A DNA stretch of 64,000 bases from the NCBI GenBank assembly GCA_027034975.1, contig JALVWQ010000051.1, forward strand, positions 7,321-71,320, given 5' to 3'. Below, piece by piece: positions 50,291-59,853 of this stretch (positions within the stretch are counted from its first letter, which is position 1; each line of letters opens with the position of its first letter). The notes under the pieces are model-generated. The model had not been told where the DNA came from and did no database searches. It saw nothing but the letters and a program-made list of their open reading frames with translations. The translations under genes and the position numbers were made by a program. Source of the DNA: Campylobacteraceae bacterium. Its GTDB lineage: Bacteria; Campylobacterota; Campylobacteria; Campylobacterales; Sulfurovaceae.

Positions 50291-50319
50291 TTTATAGCAA
50301 AGTTTATACTCTATGTCAA
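50291..50319 (-). promoter_or_regulatory. Sigma-70-type promoter for sufB: TTGACA-17 nt-TATAAA
   Basis: The minus strand reads TTGACA (50319-50314), an exact 17-nt spacer, then TATAAA (50296-50291), about 30 nt upstream of the sufB ATG. Confidence 0.5.
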
Positions 50320-50416
50320 GGATTTTAGCAAAAAAATTATTAAATAGGAGTAAATTTGTCTTAATTGGTAATATCCCAGCCACAAGGAGCCCAAAAAGTC
50401 TCAAATTATCAGTAAA

Positions 50417-50719
50417 TTAATAATTTTTTGCGTTTTGGAACTCTGCGACTTCTGTATCTACCATTGCATCTATCATTCTTATATAGAGATCATTTATCAA
50501 GTTAGGGGAGAGATCTAAATCGATAGCTCGAGATCGCATTCTATTAATAACATCATCTATTCTATCTTTTGCTTTTATCTCATCTATCGAATTTTTAAAG
50601 TGTGCTAACTCTCTGATATACGCATTTCTTTTTGCAATTAACTCTACAATCTGATCATCGATTTTATCGATCTCTTTTCTGACCTCTTCTAAACTATTAC
50701 ACTTCTTGATTTCCATCAC
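50417..50719 (-). CDS. Chorismate mutase (AroQ class, monofunctional)
   Basis: LEEVRKEIDKIDDQIVELIAKRNAYIRELAHFK is the classic AroQ helix 1; 100 aa. Confidence 0.8.
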   Translation of the reverse strand: MMEIKKCNSLEEVRKEIDKIDDQIVELIAKRNAYIRELAHFKNSIDEIKAKDRIDDVINRMRSRAIDLDLSPNLINDLYIRMIDAMVDTEVAEFQNAKNY

Positions 50720-50836
50720 TATCCTCTCCTACTCTGAAACTTTACACTCTTGTTGTATTATACCATTTTTCTTTAAAGAGAGTTTGTGCCTTTTTAGATA
50801 AAATTATAGAAAAATATCTCCTAAGAAGGTTTTTCA

Positions 50837-52774
50837 ATGAGCGATAGTTGCAAAAAAACTTATATAACCACTCCTATATACTATGTAAATGATGTTCCAC
50901 ATATTGGACACGCCTATACAACAATAATAGCCGATACTTTAGCAATATACTCAAGAATGGTAGGTTACGACACATTCTTTTTAACAGGTACAGATGAGCA
51001 TGGGCAAAAGATTGAGCAAGCTGCAAAGCAAAGAGGTAAAACCCCACAAGAGTATGCAGATGAGATTAGCTCCTATTTTAAAAATCTCTGGGATGAGTTC
51101 GATATCACATACGATAAATTTATTCGAACTACAGACGAAGAGCACAAAAAAGGTGTACAAGTAGCATTCGAGAAGATGCTTAAAAATGGCGACATCTACA
51201 AAGGTACCTACAAAGGGCACTACTGCATTAGTTGCGAAACATTCTTTACCGAAACACAAATAGTAGATGGCGAACTCTGCCCAGATTGTGGCAAAGAGAC
51301 AACTATAGTTGAAGAGGAGAGCTACTTCTTTAAACTCTCGAAGTATCAAGAGAGACTCTTAGCATGGTACAAAGAGAATGAGAAGTGCATTATGCCAAAG
51401 ACAAGAAGAAACGAAGTGATGCGATTTGTAGAGGGTGGTTTAGAAGATCTCTCAATTACAAGAACAAGCTTCGATTGGGGTGTGAAATTACCAGAGAGTG
51501 TAAATGACCCTAAACATGTTATCTATGTATGGCTCGATGCTCTTATGAACTATCTAACTGCACTAGGGTATGGAACAACAGAAGAAAAGATGGACTACTG
51601 GCCTGCAAAGGTGCACTTAATTGGTAAAGATATTCTCAGGTTCCATGCTATCTTTTGGCCTGCATTCTTAATGAGTTTGGAGCTTCCATTGCCAGACCAT
51701 ATTGCAGCTCATGGTTGGTGGACAAGAAATGGCGAAAAGATGAGTAAATCAAAAGGGAATGTCATTAACCCAAAAGAGGTTGCAGATGCTTATGGCCTAG
51801 AGAACTTTAGATACTTTATGCTACGCGAAGTACCATTTGGTGGCGATGGTGACTTTAGCCAAAAGGCACTTATTGATAGAATCAACTCTGACTTAGGGAA
51901 CGACCTAGGAAATCTCCTTAACCGACTTATCGGTATGAGCGGCAAATATAGCGATGGCAAAGTAAGTAGCCAAAATGTAGTAAAGTACTACAATGCAGAA
52001 CTAGAGGAGATGAACGCTTCGCTCGATAAACTAGAGCCACTCCTTTACGATATGCAACTCCACCGCTACCTCGAAGAGCTTTGGAGACCTCTTAGCATTG
52101 CAAATAAAGCGATAGATAAATACCAACCTTGGAACCTTATGAAAGAGGGTAAAGAGGAGGAGGCTTTAGCACTCAATGGCTTAATTGCAAATATCTTAGC
52201 AAAAGTTGCTATTATGCTCCACCCTGTAATGCCAAAGACAACGAATAAAATTGCAGAGGCTCTTAACTTTACAATCGATGTATCAAATTACAACACTTTA
52301 GTTAAAAATAGAGATCTCTTAGCAGACTTTACTATTAGTAAAATTCCGCCACTCTTCCCTAGAATCGAAGAGCAGCTCTTAGAAGAGGCTAAGCCACCAA
52401 AAGAGGAACCTAAAACAAAAAAAGAGAGTAAAAAAGAGCCAACAGCTGGTGTTATAACAATCGATCAATTCTTCCAAACAGAGCTTAAAATTGGAACTAT
52501 CGTAGAAGCCGAAGAGGTGCCAAAGAGTAAAAAACTCTTAAAACTCAAAGTTGACCTTGGCGAAGAGCAACCACGACAGATTATTGCAGGAATTAAAGAG
52601 TGGTATAAAGCAGAAGATTTAGTTGGCACTCAAGCGTGTGTAGTAGCAAACCTTAAACCAGCTAAATTAATGGGAATGCTCAGCGAAGGGATGCTACTAG
52701 CAGCCAAAGATGAGAGCGGCTTAAGCCTCCTTCGTCCAGAAGCACCAAAAGTTGCAGGAACTAAAGTATCGTAA
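50837..52774 (+). CDS. metG: Methionine--tRNA ligase
   Basis: YYVNDVPHIGHAYT (HIGH), zinc knuckle CxxC...CPDC, KMSKSKGN, C-terminal EMAP/tRNA-binding domain. Confidence 0.95.
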   Translation: MSDSCKKTYITTPIYYVNDVPHIGHAYTTIIADTLAIYSRMVGYDTFFLTGTDEHGQKIEQAAKQRGKTPQEYADEISSYFKNLWDEFDITYDKFIRTTDEEHKKGVQVAFEKMLKNGDIYKGTYKGHYCISCETFFTETQIVDGELCPDCGKETTIVEEESYFFKLSKYQERLLAWYKENEKCIMPKTRRNEVMRFVEGGLEDLSITRTSFDWGVKLPESVNDPKHVIYVWLDALMNYLTALGYGTTEEKMDYWPAKVHLIGKDILRFHAIFWPAFLMSLELPLPDHIAAHGWWTRNGEKMSKSKGNVINPKEVADAYGLENFRYFMLREVPFGGDGDFSQKALIDRINSDLGNDLGNLLNRLIGMSGKYSDGKVSSQNVVKYYNAELEEMNASLDKLEPLLYDMQLHRYLEELWRPLSIANKAIDKYQPWNLMKEGKEEEALALNGLIANILAKVAIMLHPVMPKTTNKIAEALNFTIDVSNYNTLVKNRDLLADFTISKIPPLFPRIEEQLLEEAKPPKEEPKTKKESKKEPTAGVITIDQFFQTELKIGTIVEAEEVPKSKKLLKLKVDLGEEQPRQIIAGIKEWYKAEDLVGTQACVVANLKPAKLMGMLSEGMLLAAKDESGLSLLRPEAPKVAGTKVS

Positions 52775-53763
52775 TGACTATAGAGAATCTACTCAATATC
52801 ATAGGTGGCAAGCCTATGAACCAAGCGAAGGTGAAAAAGGTAGAATCGGCTACAATCTACCCAAGCAAGGTAGAGTTAGGTGATCTCTTCTTTGCCTACG
52901 AACATGAGGGAATAGAGAGAGCCATCGAAAATGGCGCCTATGCAGTTGTCTACGAGGGGGAACACCCAAAGATTAGCGACGAAGAGATCGCCTATATTCA
53001 TGTAGACTCTATAAAAGAGGCGACTATTAAATTTCTGCGTTACATACTGATACAAAAAGAGAGCCAAATCTACTACTTTAAGAGTATAGAGTACTCTCTA
53101 CTAAAGCTAATTTCACACCGTAAAAGTACACTCTTTACAATACTTCCAAACAATTGGCAAAAGAGCTTTGAGACAATCTTAAATAGTGACTACCAAATCT
53201 TTATTACCAACAATCAAGAGGATGCCCAAAAGCTCTCGCCGCAATTTTTAGAGTTAAGTAAGAAAGCAGATGGTTATATCGTAAATGATACACTCTTAAA
53301 ATCTACTTTTAAAATCGACAAATTTATCTATCAGAATATGGATCTTACACCACTCTTTTTTAACGACCTTTTACGCGTTGTTGAGTTTTGTAAAGCTAAC
53401 GAGATAGATTATGATATCCATAGGGTCCGTTATACAAAAGAGTTTCTCCCCTACTATGTAGAAGATGACTTAACACCAGTTACTCGTGGCAGTAGCGAAA
53501 AGGTTCTCATTTTTACACAAGACACCGCAACGATCGATAGAGCAATAGAGTATCTCCGCCACCAAAGTAAGTGGATTAAGAGTATAGCACTCACTCCACC
53601 AAAAACAAAGTTAGAGAATATTGCAAGACCAATATGGTACGAAAACTTAGAGTATGCAAAAGAGATACTTAAAAACGAGTTTTATAACTACGCATTTTGT
53701 TACAATTTAGACCCAAAAGATATTCTTAATAGAGATGGCAACCAAGAGAGTACACTCTTTTAA
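52774..53763 (+). CDS. Hypothetical protein with a MurF-like N-terminal domain but no P-loop
   Basis: LLNIIGGKPMN...VELGDLFFAYEHEGIERAIENGAYAVVYEG resembles the Mur-ligase N-domain. Where MurF has TGSxGKT the sequence reads YYFKSIEYS. ATGA-coupled to metG. Confidence 0.6.
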   Translation: MTIENLLNIIGGKPMNQAKVKKVESATIYPSKVELGDLFFAYEHEGIERAIENGAYAVVYEGEHPKISDEEIAYIHVDSIKEATIKFLRYILIQKESQIYYFKSIEYSLLKLISHRKSTLFTILPNNWQKSFETILNSDYQIFITNNQEDAQKLSPQFLELSKKADGYIVNDTLLKSTFKIDKFIYQNMDLTPLFFNDLLRVVEFCKANEIDYDIHRVRYTKEFLPYYVEDDLTPVTRGSSEKVLIFTQDTATIDRAIEYLRHQSKWIKSIALTPPKTKLENIARPIWYENLEYAKEILKNEFYNYAFCYNLDPKDILNRDGNQESTLF

Positions 53764-53774
53764 TTTGGTATAAC

Positions 53775-54977
53775 TTACTTGTTGCTACTATTCTCAAGGA
53801 GTATCTCTCTTGTTGGGTATGCAAACTCCAACTCTGACTCATCTATTATCTCTATAATCCGTTTAAGTACATCTTGTTTCACACGGAGCCACTCCTCCCA
53901 ATTTACAGAAATCGAAAAGGCATAAACTAAGATATTCATGGAATACTCCCCAATCTCATCGAGATAGACTAATAGTGTTCTTCTAACACCATACTTATCT
54001 TCTATATTAAAGAGTCCATCATCAAAAGTCTTTTTCATCTTTACGAGGTAGCGAATTTTATTGAGGTTCACTATATCAGTGTGCGAATGAAGCATCTCGT
54101 AAATCTCAAAGATAACACGATCGATCTCTTGAATATTGGTAGTATATTTAATCGGTAGATGAAACTTAATCCGCCTACCAATAACCCTTTTGCTCCAATT
54201 CTTTATATAGTCATTTGCTATTTTAGAGTTAGGTATAGTTACCATCGCATTATCAAAAGTTCTAATCTTAGTAGAGGTTAATCCAAGCTCTGTTACAAAC
54301 CCCTCTACATCTCGAGTCTGCACCCAATCACCTTGCCGAAAGGCATCTTCGCTTATTAATCGAATCGAATCAAAAAAGTTAACAAGTGTATCTTTTGCAC
54401 TAAAACCAATAATAACCCCACCAATACCCAAAGAGGTAATAAGAGCCGTTATATCCACGCCAAATTTAGAGAGTATCGCAATAATTGCGATAAATAGTAT
54501 TGCAATTTTTGTTACATTCAAAAGTAAATTAAAGAGCTCTCTTCTCGCCTCTTGCTGCATTTTAATTCTTTTTCTAAGCGTTGCATAGATTAAAAACTTT
54601 ACTATCTCATAGAAGAACCAAAGCAGCAAGAAGAGATTGATAACATAAAAGAGTATATCTATATCACTTCCACTCTTAATACTAAAGATATAACTCACCA
54701 AACGCTTAAAGAGGTAAAAGTTTACTAAATACAGAAAGGGCTTAAGTATCTTATCTATCCTATAGTAGAGAAACCTATAAAATACATCCACTCTTTTAAG
54801 AAAAAGAGAGTATTTGAGAGGCTTTTTAATGAATCGAACTAACTTCATAGTGGCAACTACTCCAATAAGATAGAGAAGTATCAGAAGAATATCTTCTGGA
54901 GTTAGTCGAAAAAACCATAAAAACTTCTGAATAACAATCGGTGTTTTTAGTTCTAAAAATTGTGATAATGTTTCCAT
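53775..54977 (-). CDS. Mechanosensitive ion channel (MscS family)
   Basis: Multiple TM helices followed by FRQGDWVQTRDVEGFVTELGLTSTKIRTFDN, the MscS beta-domain. Confidence 0.85.
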   Translation of the reverse strand: METLSQFLELKTPIVIQKFLWFFRLTPEDILLILLYLIGVVATMKLVRFIKKPLKYSLFLKRVDVFYRFLYYRIDKILKPFLYLVNFYLFKRLVSYIFSIKSGSDIDILFYVINLFLLLWFFYEIVKFLIYATLRKRIKMQQEARRELFNLLLNVTKIAILFIAIIAILSKFGVDITALITSLGIGGVIIGFSAKDTLVNFFDSIRLISEDAFRQGDWVQTRDVEGFVTELGLTSTKIRTFDNAMVTIPNSKIANDYIKNWSKRVIGRRIKFHLPIKYTTNIQEIDRVIFEIYEMLHSHTDIVNLNKIRYLVKMKKTFDDGLFNIEDKYGVRRTLLVYLDEIGEYSMNILVYAFSISVNWEEWLRVKQDVLKRIIEIIDESELEFAYPTREILLENSSNK

Positions 54978-55067
54978 AAATAGATTATATCTTATTTATT
55001 TTGATTATGGTAATTTCATAAGATAAATAGTTATTTTTATCCATTTCTCAACTCAAATTAAAAGAGC

Positions 55068-55092
55068 AAACTTAAATAATTTATTTAAGTTT
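55068..55092. promoter_or_regulatory. Perfect 25-bp palindrome in the divergent promoter region (candidate operator)
   Basis: AAACTTAAATAA-T-TTATTTAAGTTT lies 71 nt upstream of the TAXI-TRAP binding-protein ATG and 91 nt upstream of the divergent mscS start. Confidence 0.3.
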
Positions 55093-55162
55093 AAATTTAA
55101 TATAATTTATGTATTATAATGTATCCTAATAGGAAAACTATTATCAAGAAGGAGATAATAAA

Positions 55163-56131
55163 ATGAGTAGTTTCGACAGACTAATAAAGAGTACAGTTGT
55201 AGCAGGTATGTTAGCAGGGACAAGTGCTTTTGCGACAGAGTTTATTACAATTGGTACAGGCGGTGTAACAGGAGTTTACTATCCAACTGGTGGTGCTATT
55301 TGTCGTATGATGAATAAAGTTAAAAAAGATACTGGCATTAAGTGTACAGTTGAATCTACTGGTGGTAGTGTTTACAATATTAAAACTATTAAAGCTGGAG
55401 AGTTAGACTTCGGTATTGCACAGAGTGATGTTGTTTATCAAGCTGCAAATGGTACGGGTAAATTTAAAGATGCTCCTTATAAAGATTTAAGAGTTGTTAT
55501 GTCTATTCACCCAGAACTATTAACTTTAGCAGTTAGAAAAGATAGTGGTATTAAGGCATTTGCTGACTTAAAAGGCAAAGTTATCAATATAGGTAACCCA
55601 GGTTCTGGTAACGAAGCAACTGTTAAAATGCTATTAGAGAATAGCAAAACTGTAAAATTAGCAGATATTAAAGCAGAGCAACTTAAAGCAGCAGAGTGTC
55701 CAAATGCTCTTAAAGATAAAAAGATTGATGGTTATTTCTATATGGTTGGACACCCAACAGCAAACTTTAAAGATGCTGCAAACTCGACTGATATCGATTT
55801 AATCTCACTCAAAGATGTTCCAGCAGCTCAAAAGTTAGTAGAAGAGAAGAGTTACTATGCATGGGGTACAATTCCAGCTGGTATGTATAAAGGTGTAGAT
55901 CACGATACTGTAACATATGGTGTTAAAGCTGTTCTTGTAACAAGCTCTAAAGCAAGTGAAAAAGCTGTTTATAGTATGGTTAAATCTATCTTAGATAACT
56001 TTGATAAATTTAAAAAACTTCACCCAGCATATAAAAACTTAACTAAAGAGGATCTTCTCAAAGGTTTCGATCATAAATTACTCCACCCAGGTGCAGTAAA
56101 AGCATTTAAAGAGGCTGGTGTTTTAAAATAG
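55163..56131 (+). CDS. TAXI-family TRAP transporter solute-binding protein
   Basis: Signal peptide, TIGTGGVTGVYYPTGGAIC hallmark; 322 aa. Confidence 0.85.
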   Translation: MSSFDRLIKSTVVAGMLAGTSAFATEFITIGTGGVTGVYYPTGGAICRMMNKVKKDTGIKCTVESTGGSVYNIKTIKAGELDFGIAQSDVVYQAANGTGKFKDAPYKDLRVVMSIHPELLTLAVRKDSGIKAFADLKGKVINIGNPGSGNEATVKMLLENSKTVKLADIKAEQLKAAECPNALKDKKIDGYFYMVGHPTANFKDAANSTDIDLISLKDVPAAQKLVEEKSYYAWGTIPAGMYKGVDHDTVTYGVKAVLVTSSKASEKAVYSMVKSILDNFDKFKKLHPAYKNLTKEDLLKGFDHKLLHPGAVKAFKEAGVLK

Positions 56132-56138
56132 TAGCCCT

Positions 56139-56157
56139 AAAGAGCCTTGTGCTCTTT
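56139..56157 (+). other. Intercistronic hairpin between the TRAP binding-protein and permease genes
   Basis: AAAGAGC-CTTGT-GCTCTTT, a 7-bp stem 8 nt after the stop. Such hairpins commonly tune binding-protein to permease ratios. Confidence 0.35.
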
Positions 56158-56286
56158 CAACTAATTTTCTATAGGGTACCCATTAGGTTCCCTTACTTCT
56201 TGTATATTCGTTCCAAGTTATGGAGTATCTACTTCTTAATCTATAGGTATCTTATAGAAAATCTTTCATATATTAAAGGATAAACT

Positions 56287-58380
56287 ATGAGCTTAGATAA
56301 AGATATTAAAAAAGCCGAAGAAGAAGTGCTACATGGTATGCATGTAGATAAAAATCTCGAAGAAGAGATTATAACCGAACTAGAGGGGCAGAGAAACTTT
56401 AAAGCAGGTTTCCAGTATTGGCTTATCGCTATAATTGCTTTTAGTTGGTCTATCTATCAACTCTATGTCTCTTACTACCCTGTAAACTCAACTATTGTAA
56501 GAAGTGTTCATTTAGCCTTTGCAATGGTATTAGCATTTTTAATCTATCCTACTTTTAAAAAGCCTAAGTTACTTGAAAAGATAACAATTCCAGATTATCT
56601 ACTAGCTATTTTGGGGGGATTTGGTGCTGCATACATTGCAGTTGACTATGTAGGTATCTCTAACAGAATGGGAGATTTTCTACAAAGAGATATTATCATC
56701 GGAGTGATCTTCACAATTATTCTATTAGAAGCTGGACGAAGAGTAATTGGTATAGCTTTAAGTATTGTTGCTATTATATTTTTAGCATACGATATGTTTG
56801 GTCAATATCTACCAGATCTCATTTCACATAAAGGTGCATCAATCACTAAGATAACCTCTCAAATGTATTTAACAACAGAGGGAATCTTTGGTGTTCCACT
56901 AGGAGTTTCAGCTGGATTTGTCTTCTTGTTCGTACTCTTTGGGGCACTTTTAGAGCGAGCTGGTGCAGGAGAGTACTTTATTAAATTAGCCTATGCAATG
57001 CTAGGTCGTCATAGCGGTGGTCCAGCAAAAGCGAGTGTTGTTGCAAGTGGTCTAACTGGTATTATTAGTGGTAGCTCTACTGCAAATGTTGTAACAACGG
57101 GTGTATTTACAATTCCACTTATGAAAAAAGCAGGTTTTCCAGCAGAAAAAGCAGCTTCTGTTGAGGTTGCAGCATCTACTAATGGACAATTAATGCCACC
57201 AGTTATGGGTGCCGCTGCATTTATTATTGCTGAATTTCTAGGTTTAGCATATACCGATGTTATTATTGCAGCAGCAATTCCAGCTATCATTAGCTACTTA
57301 GGACTCTTTTATATTGTACATTTAGAATCAAAAAAGCTTGGCTTAAAAGGCGAAGATCCTTCTAAACTACCACCTAAGTGGAAAACATTTATAAGTGGAA
57401 TCCATTACCTAATACCCGTAACCTACCTGATGTATGTTCTTATTGTCCTTAGAGAGTCAGCTCAATCAGCTGCATTTAGTGCTATCTGGATGTTAATGGT
57501 TATTATGATTATTCAAAAACCATTTACAGCTTTAGCTATTGAAAAAAAAGGTGTTAAAGCTAGTGATTTTATTGAAGGATTTATAGATATCTTCCATGGT
57601 ATGGTCAATGGGGCAAAAAATATGGTTCCAATTGCACTAGCAACTGCGATTGCAGGTATTGTTGTAGGAAGTATCACGCTCACAGGTATTGGACAAGTAC
57701 TTCTTGATGTTATCGATACACTCTCTAATGGTAATATTATGATTGTACTACTCCTTACTGCCTTAATCTCATTAATTTTGGGAATGGGCTTACCAACAAC
57801 TGCAAACTATATCGTTGTCGCTTCACTTACTGCACCAATTATGTTACAACTTGCAGGTGATAATGGTTTCTTGATTCCAGCCATTGCGGCTCATCTCTTT
57901 GTATTCTATTTTGGTATCTTAGCAGACGATACCCCACCAGTTGGAATTGCCGCCTACGCTGCAGCAGGTATTGCAAAATCTGACCCCGTAAAAACAGGAC
58001 TACAAGGGTTTGCATACGATATTAGAACAGCAATATTGCCATTTATGTTCTTCTTTAACACAGAGTTGCTTCTCATTACAAAAGTCGATCCAAGTGACCC
58101 AAGTCAAATAACATTTATGACCAACTTTTTGGATATAACAGTAGTATTTATAGTAGCACTTTTAGGAATGTTTAGCTTCTCGAGTGCAATCCAGGGCTAT
58201 TTTATAAAACATAATAATGCAATCGAGAGACTCCTCTTCCTCATAGCAACACCACTTTTCTTTATCCCAAATATAGTTTTAGACTATATTCCAGCATTAG
58301 GAAGTAAATATGTCTGTTATGCAATAGGTATAGCTATCTGGGGAGTAATTTATTTTTGGCAAAAAAGTAGAACAGAGTAA
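56287..58380 (+). CDS. TAXI-type TRAP transporter fused permease
   Basis: 697 aa, about 17 predicted TM segments, DctM-like core with an N-terminal DctQ-like part. Confidence 0.9.
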   Translation: MSLDKDIKKAEEEVLHGMHVDKNLEEEIITELEGQRNFKAGFQYWLIAIIAFSWSIYQLYVSYYPVNSTIVRSVHLAFAMVLAFLIYPTFKKPKLLEKITIPDYLLAILGGFGAAYIAVDYVGISNRMGDFLQRDIIIGVIFTIILLEAGRRVIGIALSIVAIIFLAYDMFGQYLPDLISHKGASITKITSQMYLTTEGIFGVPLGVSAGFVFLFVLFGALLERAGAGEYFIKLAYAMLGRHSGGPAKASVVASGLTGIISGSSTANVVTTGVFTIPLMKKAGFPAEKAASVEVAASTNGQLMPPVMGAAAFIIAEFLGLAYTDVIIAAAIPAIISYLGLFYIVHLESKKLGLKGEDPSKLPPKWKTFISGIHYLIPVTYLMYVLIVLRESAQSAAFSAIWMLMVIMIIQKPFTALAIEKKGVKASDFIEGFIDIFHGMVNGAKNMVPIALATAIAGIVVGSITLTGIGQVLLDVIDTLSNGNIMIVLLLTALISLILGMGLPTTANYIVVASLTAPIMLQLAGDNGFLIPAIAAHLFVFYFGILADDTPPVGIAAYAAAGIAKSDPVKTGLQGFAYDIRTAILPFMFFFNTELLLITKVDPSDPSQITFMTNFLDITVVFIVALLGMFSFSSAIQGYFIKHNNAIERLLFLIATPLFFIPNIVLDYIPALGSKYVCYAIGIAIWGVIYFWQKSRTE

Positions 58381-58405
58381 AGATACGCTTTAGTAGTTAT
58401 GGTAT

Positions 58406-58421
58406 TCCCGCACTTGCGGGA
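58406..58421. terminator. GC-rich hairpin between convergent genes (possible bidirectional terminator)
   Basis: TCCCGC-ACTT-GCGGGA. No strong U-tract on either side. Confidence 0.3.
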
Positions 58422-58444
58422 TTCTAAAGAAGAGAATAGTTGAG

Positions 58445-58651
58445 TTATATATCCACTCCATCCCAAAACTCATCATTAGTGAAAGTTGTTAATCTATTTT
58501 CGCTCTCCATGCCTTGTTCAAGCATTGCTTGTTCTACTTCGGCAAAGTATTTTTCTAATGCTTCTTTAATAATTTGGCTTGGTTCTTTTTTAAGAATATT
58601 ACTATAGAGCTCAAGTTGCTCTATAGTACTTTGAGGAAGAGTAAATTGCAT
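58445..58651 (-). CDS. Small ribbon-helix-helix-like protein (68 aa), hypothetical
   Basis: QFTLPQSTIEQLELYSNILKKEPSQIIKEALEKYF fits a beta-alpha-alpha RHH pattern. The start overlaps the yebC stop (TAATG). Confidence 0.5.
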   Translation of the reverse strand: MQFTLPQSTIEQLELYSNILKKEPSQIIKEALEKYFAEVEQAMLEQGMESENRLTTFTNDEFWDGVDI

Positions 58652-59394
58652 TATGCTAAATTTGTATATACTTTTTGGACATCATCGTCCTCTTCGAGTT
58701 TTTCAATAAGTGATTCTATCTCTTCTAACTGCTCTTCATCTGTCATCTCTACAGGTGTATTGGCTATATACTCGATATTGGCCTTATTAAGGGTAATCCC
58801 TCTGTCTTCAATCGCTTTTGAGAGCTCTCCGAAACTCGTAAACTCCCCATAGACACGGATAATCTCTTTATCCTCTCCATGCTCTTGTGGCTCTACATCC
58901 TCTTCTATCTCTTCTAAACCGTAATCGATTAACTCAAGCTCTAACTCTTCTAAGTCGATAGAATCACTTTTATCAAACTCTAAAACCGCTTTTTTAGTAA
59001 AAATATAATTTAGAGATCCAGAAGTGAGCATCTCTGCACCACCCTTTTTAAGGATTGCACGCACATTTGCAACCGTTCTCGTATTGTTATCTGTCGCACA
59101 AGCAATTATCATCTGTACCCCATGTGGTGCCTTTGCTTCGTAGATAATCTCTTTAATATCGGCAGCATCTTTATTAAATGCTCTTTTAATGGCTGCTTCG
59201 ATATTATCTTTTGGCATATTTTGTGCTTTTGCATTCGCAATAGCAGTTCTTAACTTCGAGTTCATCTCAGGATCTGGTGAACCACCCTCTTTTGCTGCGA
59301 TAGTAATCATTTTTCCTAATTTAGGGAAGAGTTTCGACATTGTTCCCCATCGCTTCATCTTTGCAGCTTTTCTATACTCAAATGCTCTACCCAT
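58651..59394 (-). CDS. yebC: YebC/PmpR family transcriptional regulator
   Basis: [16 protein letters not shown]...[16 protein letters not shown] canonical N-terminus. Confidence 0.9.
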   Translation of the reverse strand: MGRAFEYRKAAKMKRWGTMSKLFPKLGKMITIAAKEGGSPDPEMNSKLRTAIANAKAQNMPKDNIEAAIKRAFNKDAADIKEIIYEAKAPHGVQMIIACATDNNTRTVANVRAILKKGGAEMLTSGSLNYIFTKKAVLEFDKSDSIDLEELELELIDYGLEEIEEDVEPQEHGEDKEIIRVYGEFTSFGELSKAIEDRGITLNKANIEYIANTPVEMTDEEQLEEIESLIEKLEEDDDVQKVYTNLA

Positions 59395-59433
59395 CTTAAC
59401 TCCAATAAACTTTTTTTGTAATTATACTCAAAA

Positions 59434-59853
59434 TTACAAAATATCATCTTTTAAGCGTTCAAAAGCCTCTTTTAAATCATCTACAGTCGGCTTATGTGAT
59501 AAATCTTTATAGTAGCTATAAAGCAGTCTCATACCATTTCGCACCTCTAGTTTTATGTATGCATTAGGAAAATTAGTTGTATTTTTTAAAGCGGCATTAT
59601 AGGGACTTGTGCAGACTATATCCGATTTATAGGAGAGTTCTAGGTTATATTTACATCTATTGTTAAAGTGATAAAGCTTCTCTAAATTTTGCTCTAAATT
59701 GGAATTATTTTTTGGGTTAAACTGTAAGCATTCAAGTGACTGCTCCTTTAAACTTTTATCATAAAAATTTACCTCTGCCTCTCTTCCACAACCACTAAGA
59801 AGAGCTGCAAACAGCAAACTAGATACGATCTGGACGATACTCTTTAAATGCAC
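59434..59853 (-). CDS. Lipoprotein, hypothetical
   Basis: LLFAALLSGC-GRE lipobox; 139 aa. Overlaps the hemC end by 35 nt. Confidence 0.6.
   Translation of the reverse strand: MHLKSIVQIVSSLLFAALLSGCGREAEVNFYDKSLKEQSLECLQFNPKNNSNLEQNLEKLYHFNNRCKYNLELSYKSDIVCTSPYNAALKNTTNFPNAYIKLEVRNGMRLLYSYYKDLSHKPTVDDLKEAFERLKDDIL

Noticed and set aside
56613-56618. Homopolymeric tracts as phase-variation switches (typical in Campylobacter/Helicobacter)
   Set aside because: The longest G/C run I saw is G6, inside the TRAP permease, with other runs of 5 or fewer. A/T runs reach about 8 but lie in ordinary coding or spacer contexts. Nothing reaches the length usually associated with slipped-strand switching.
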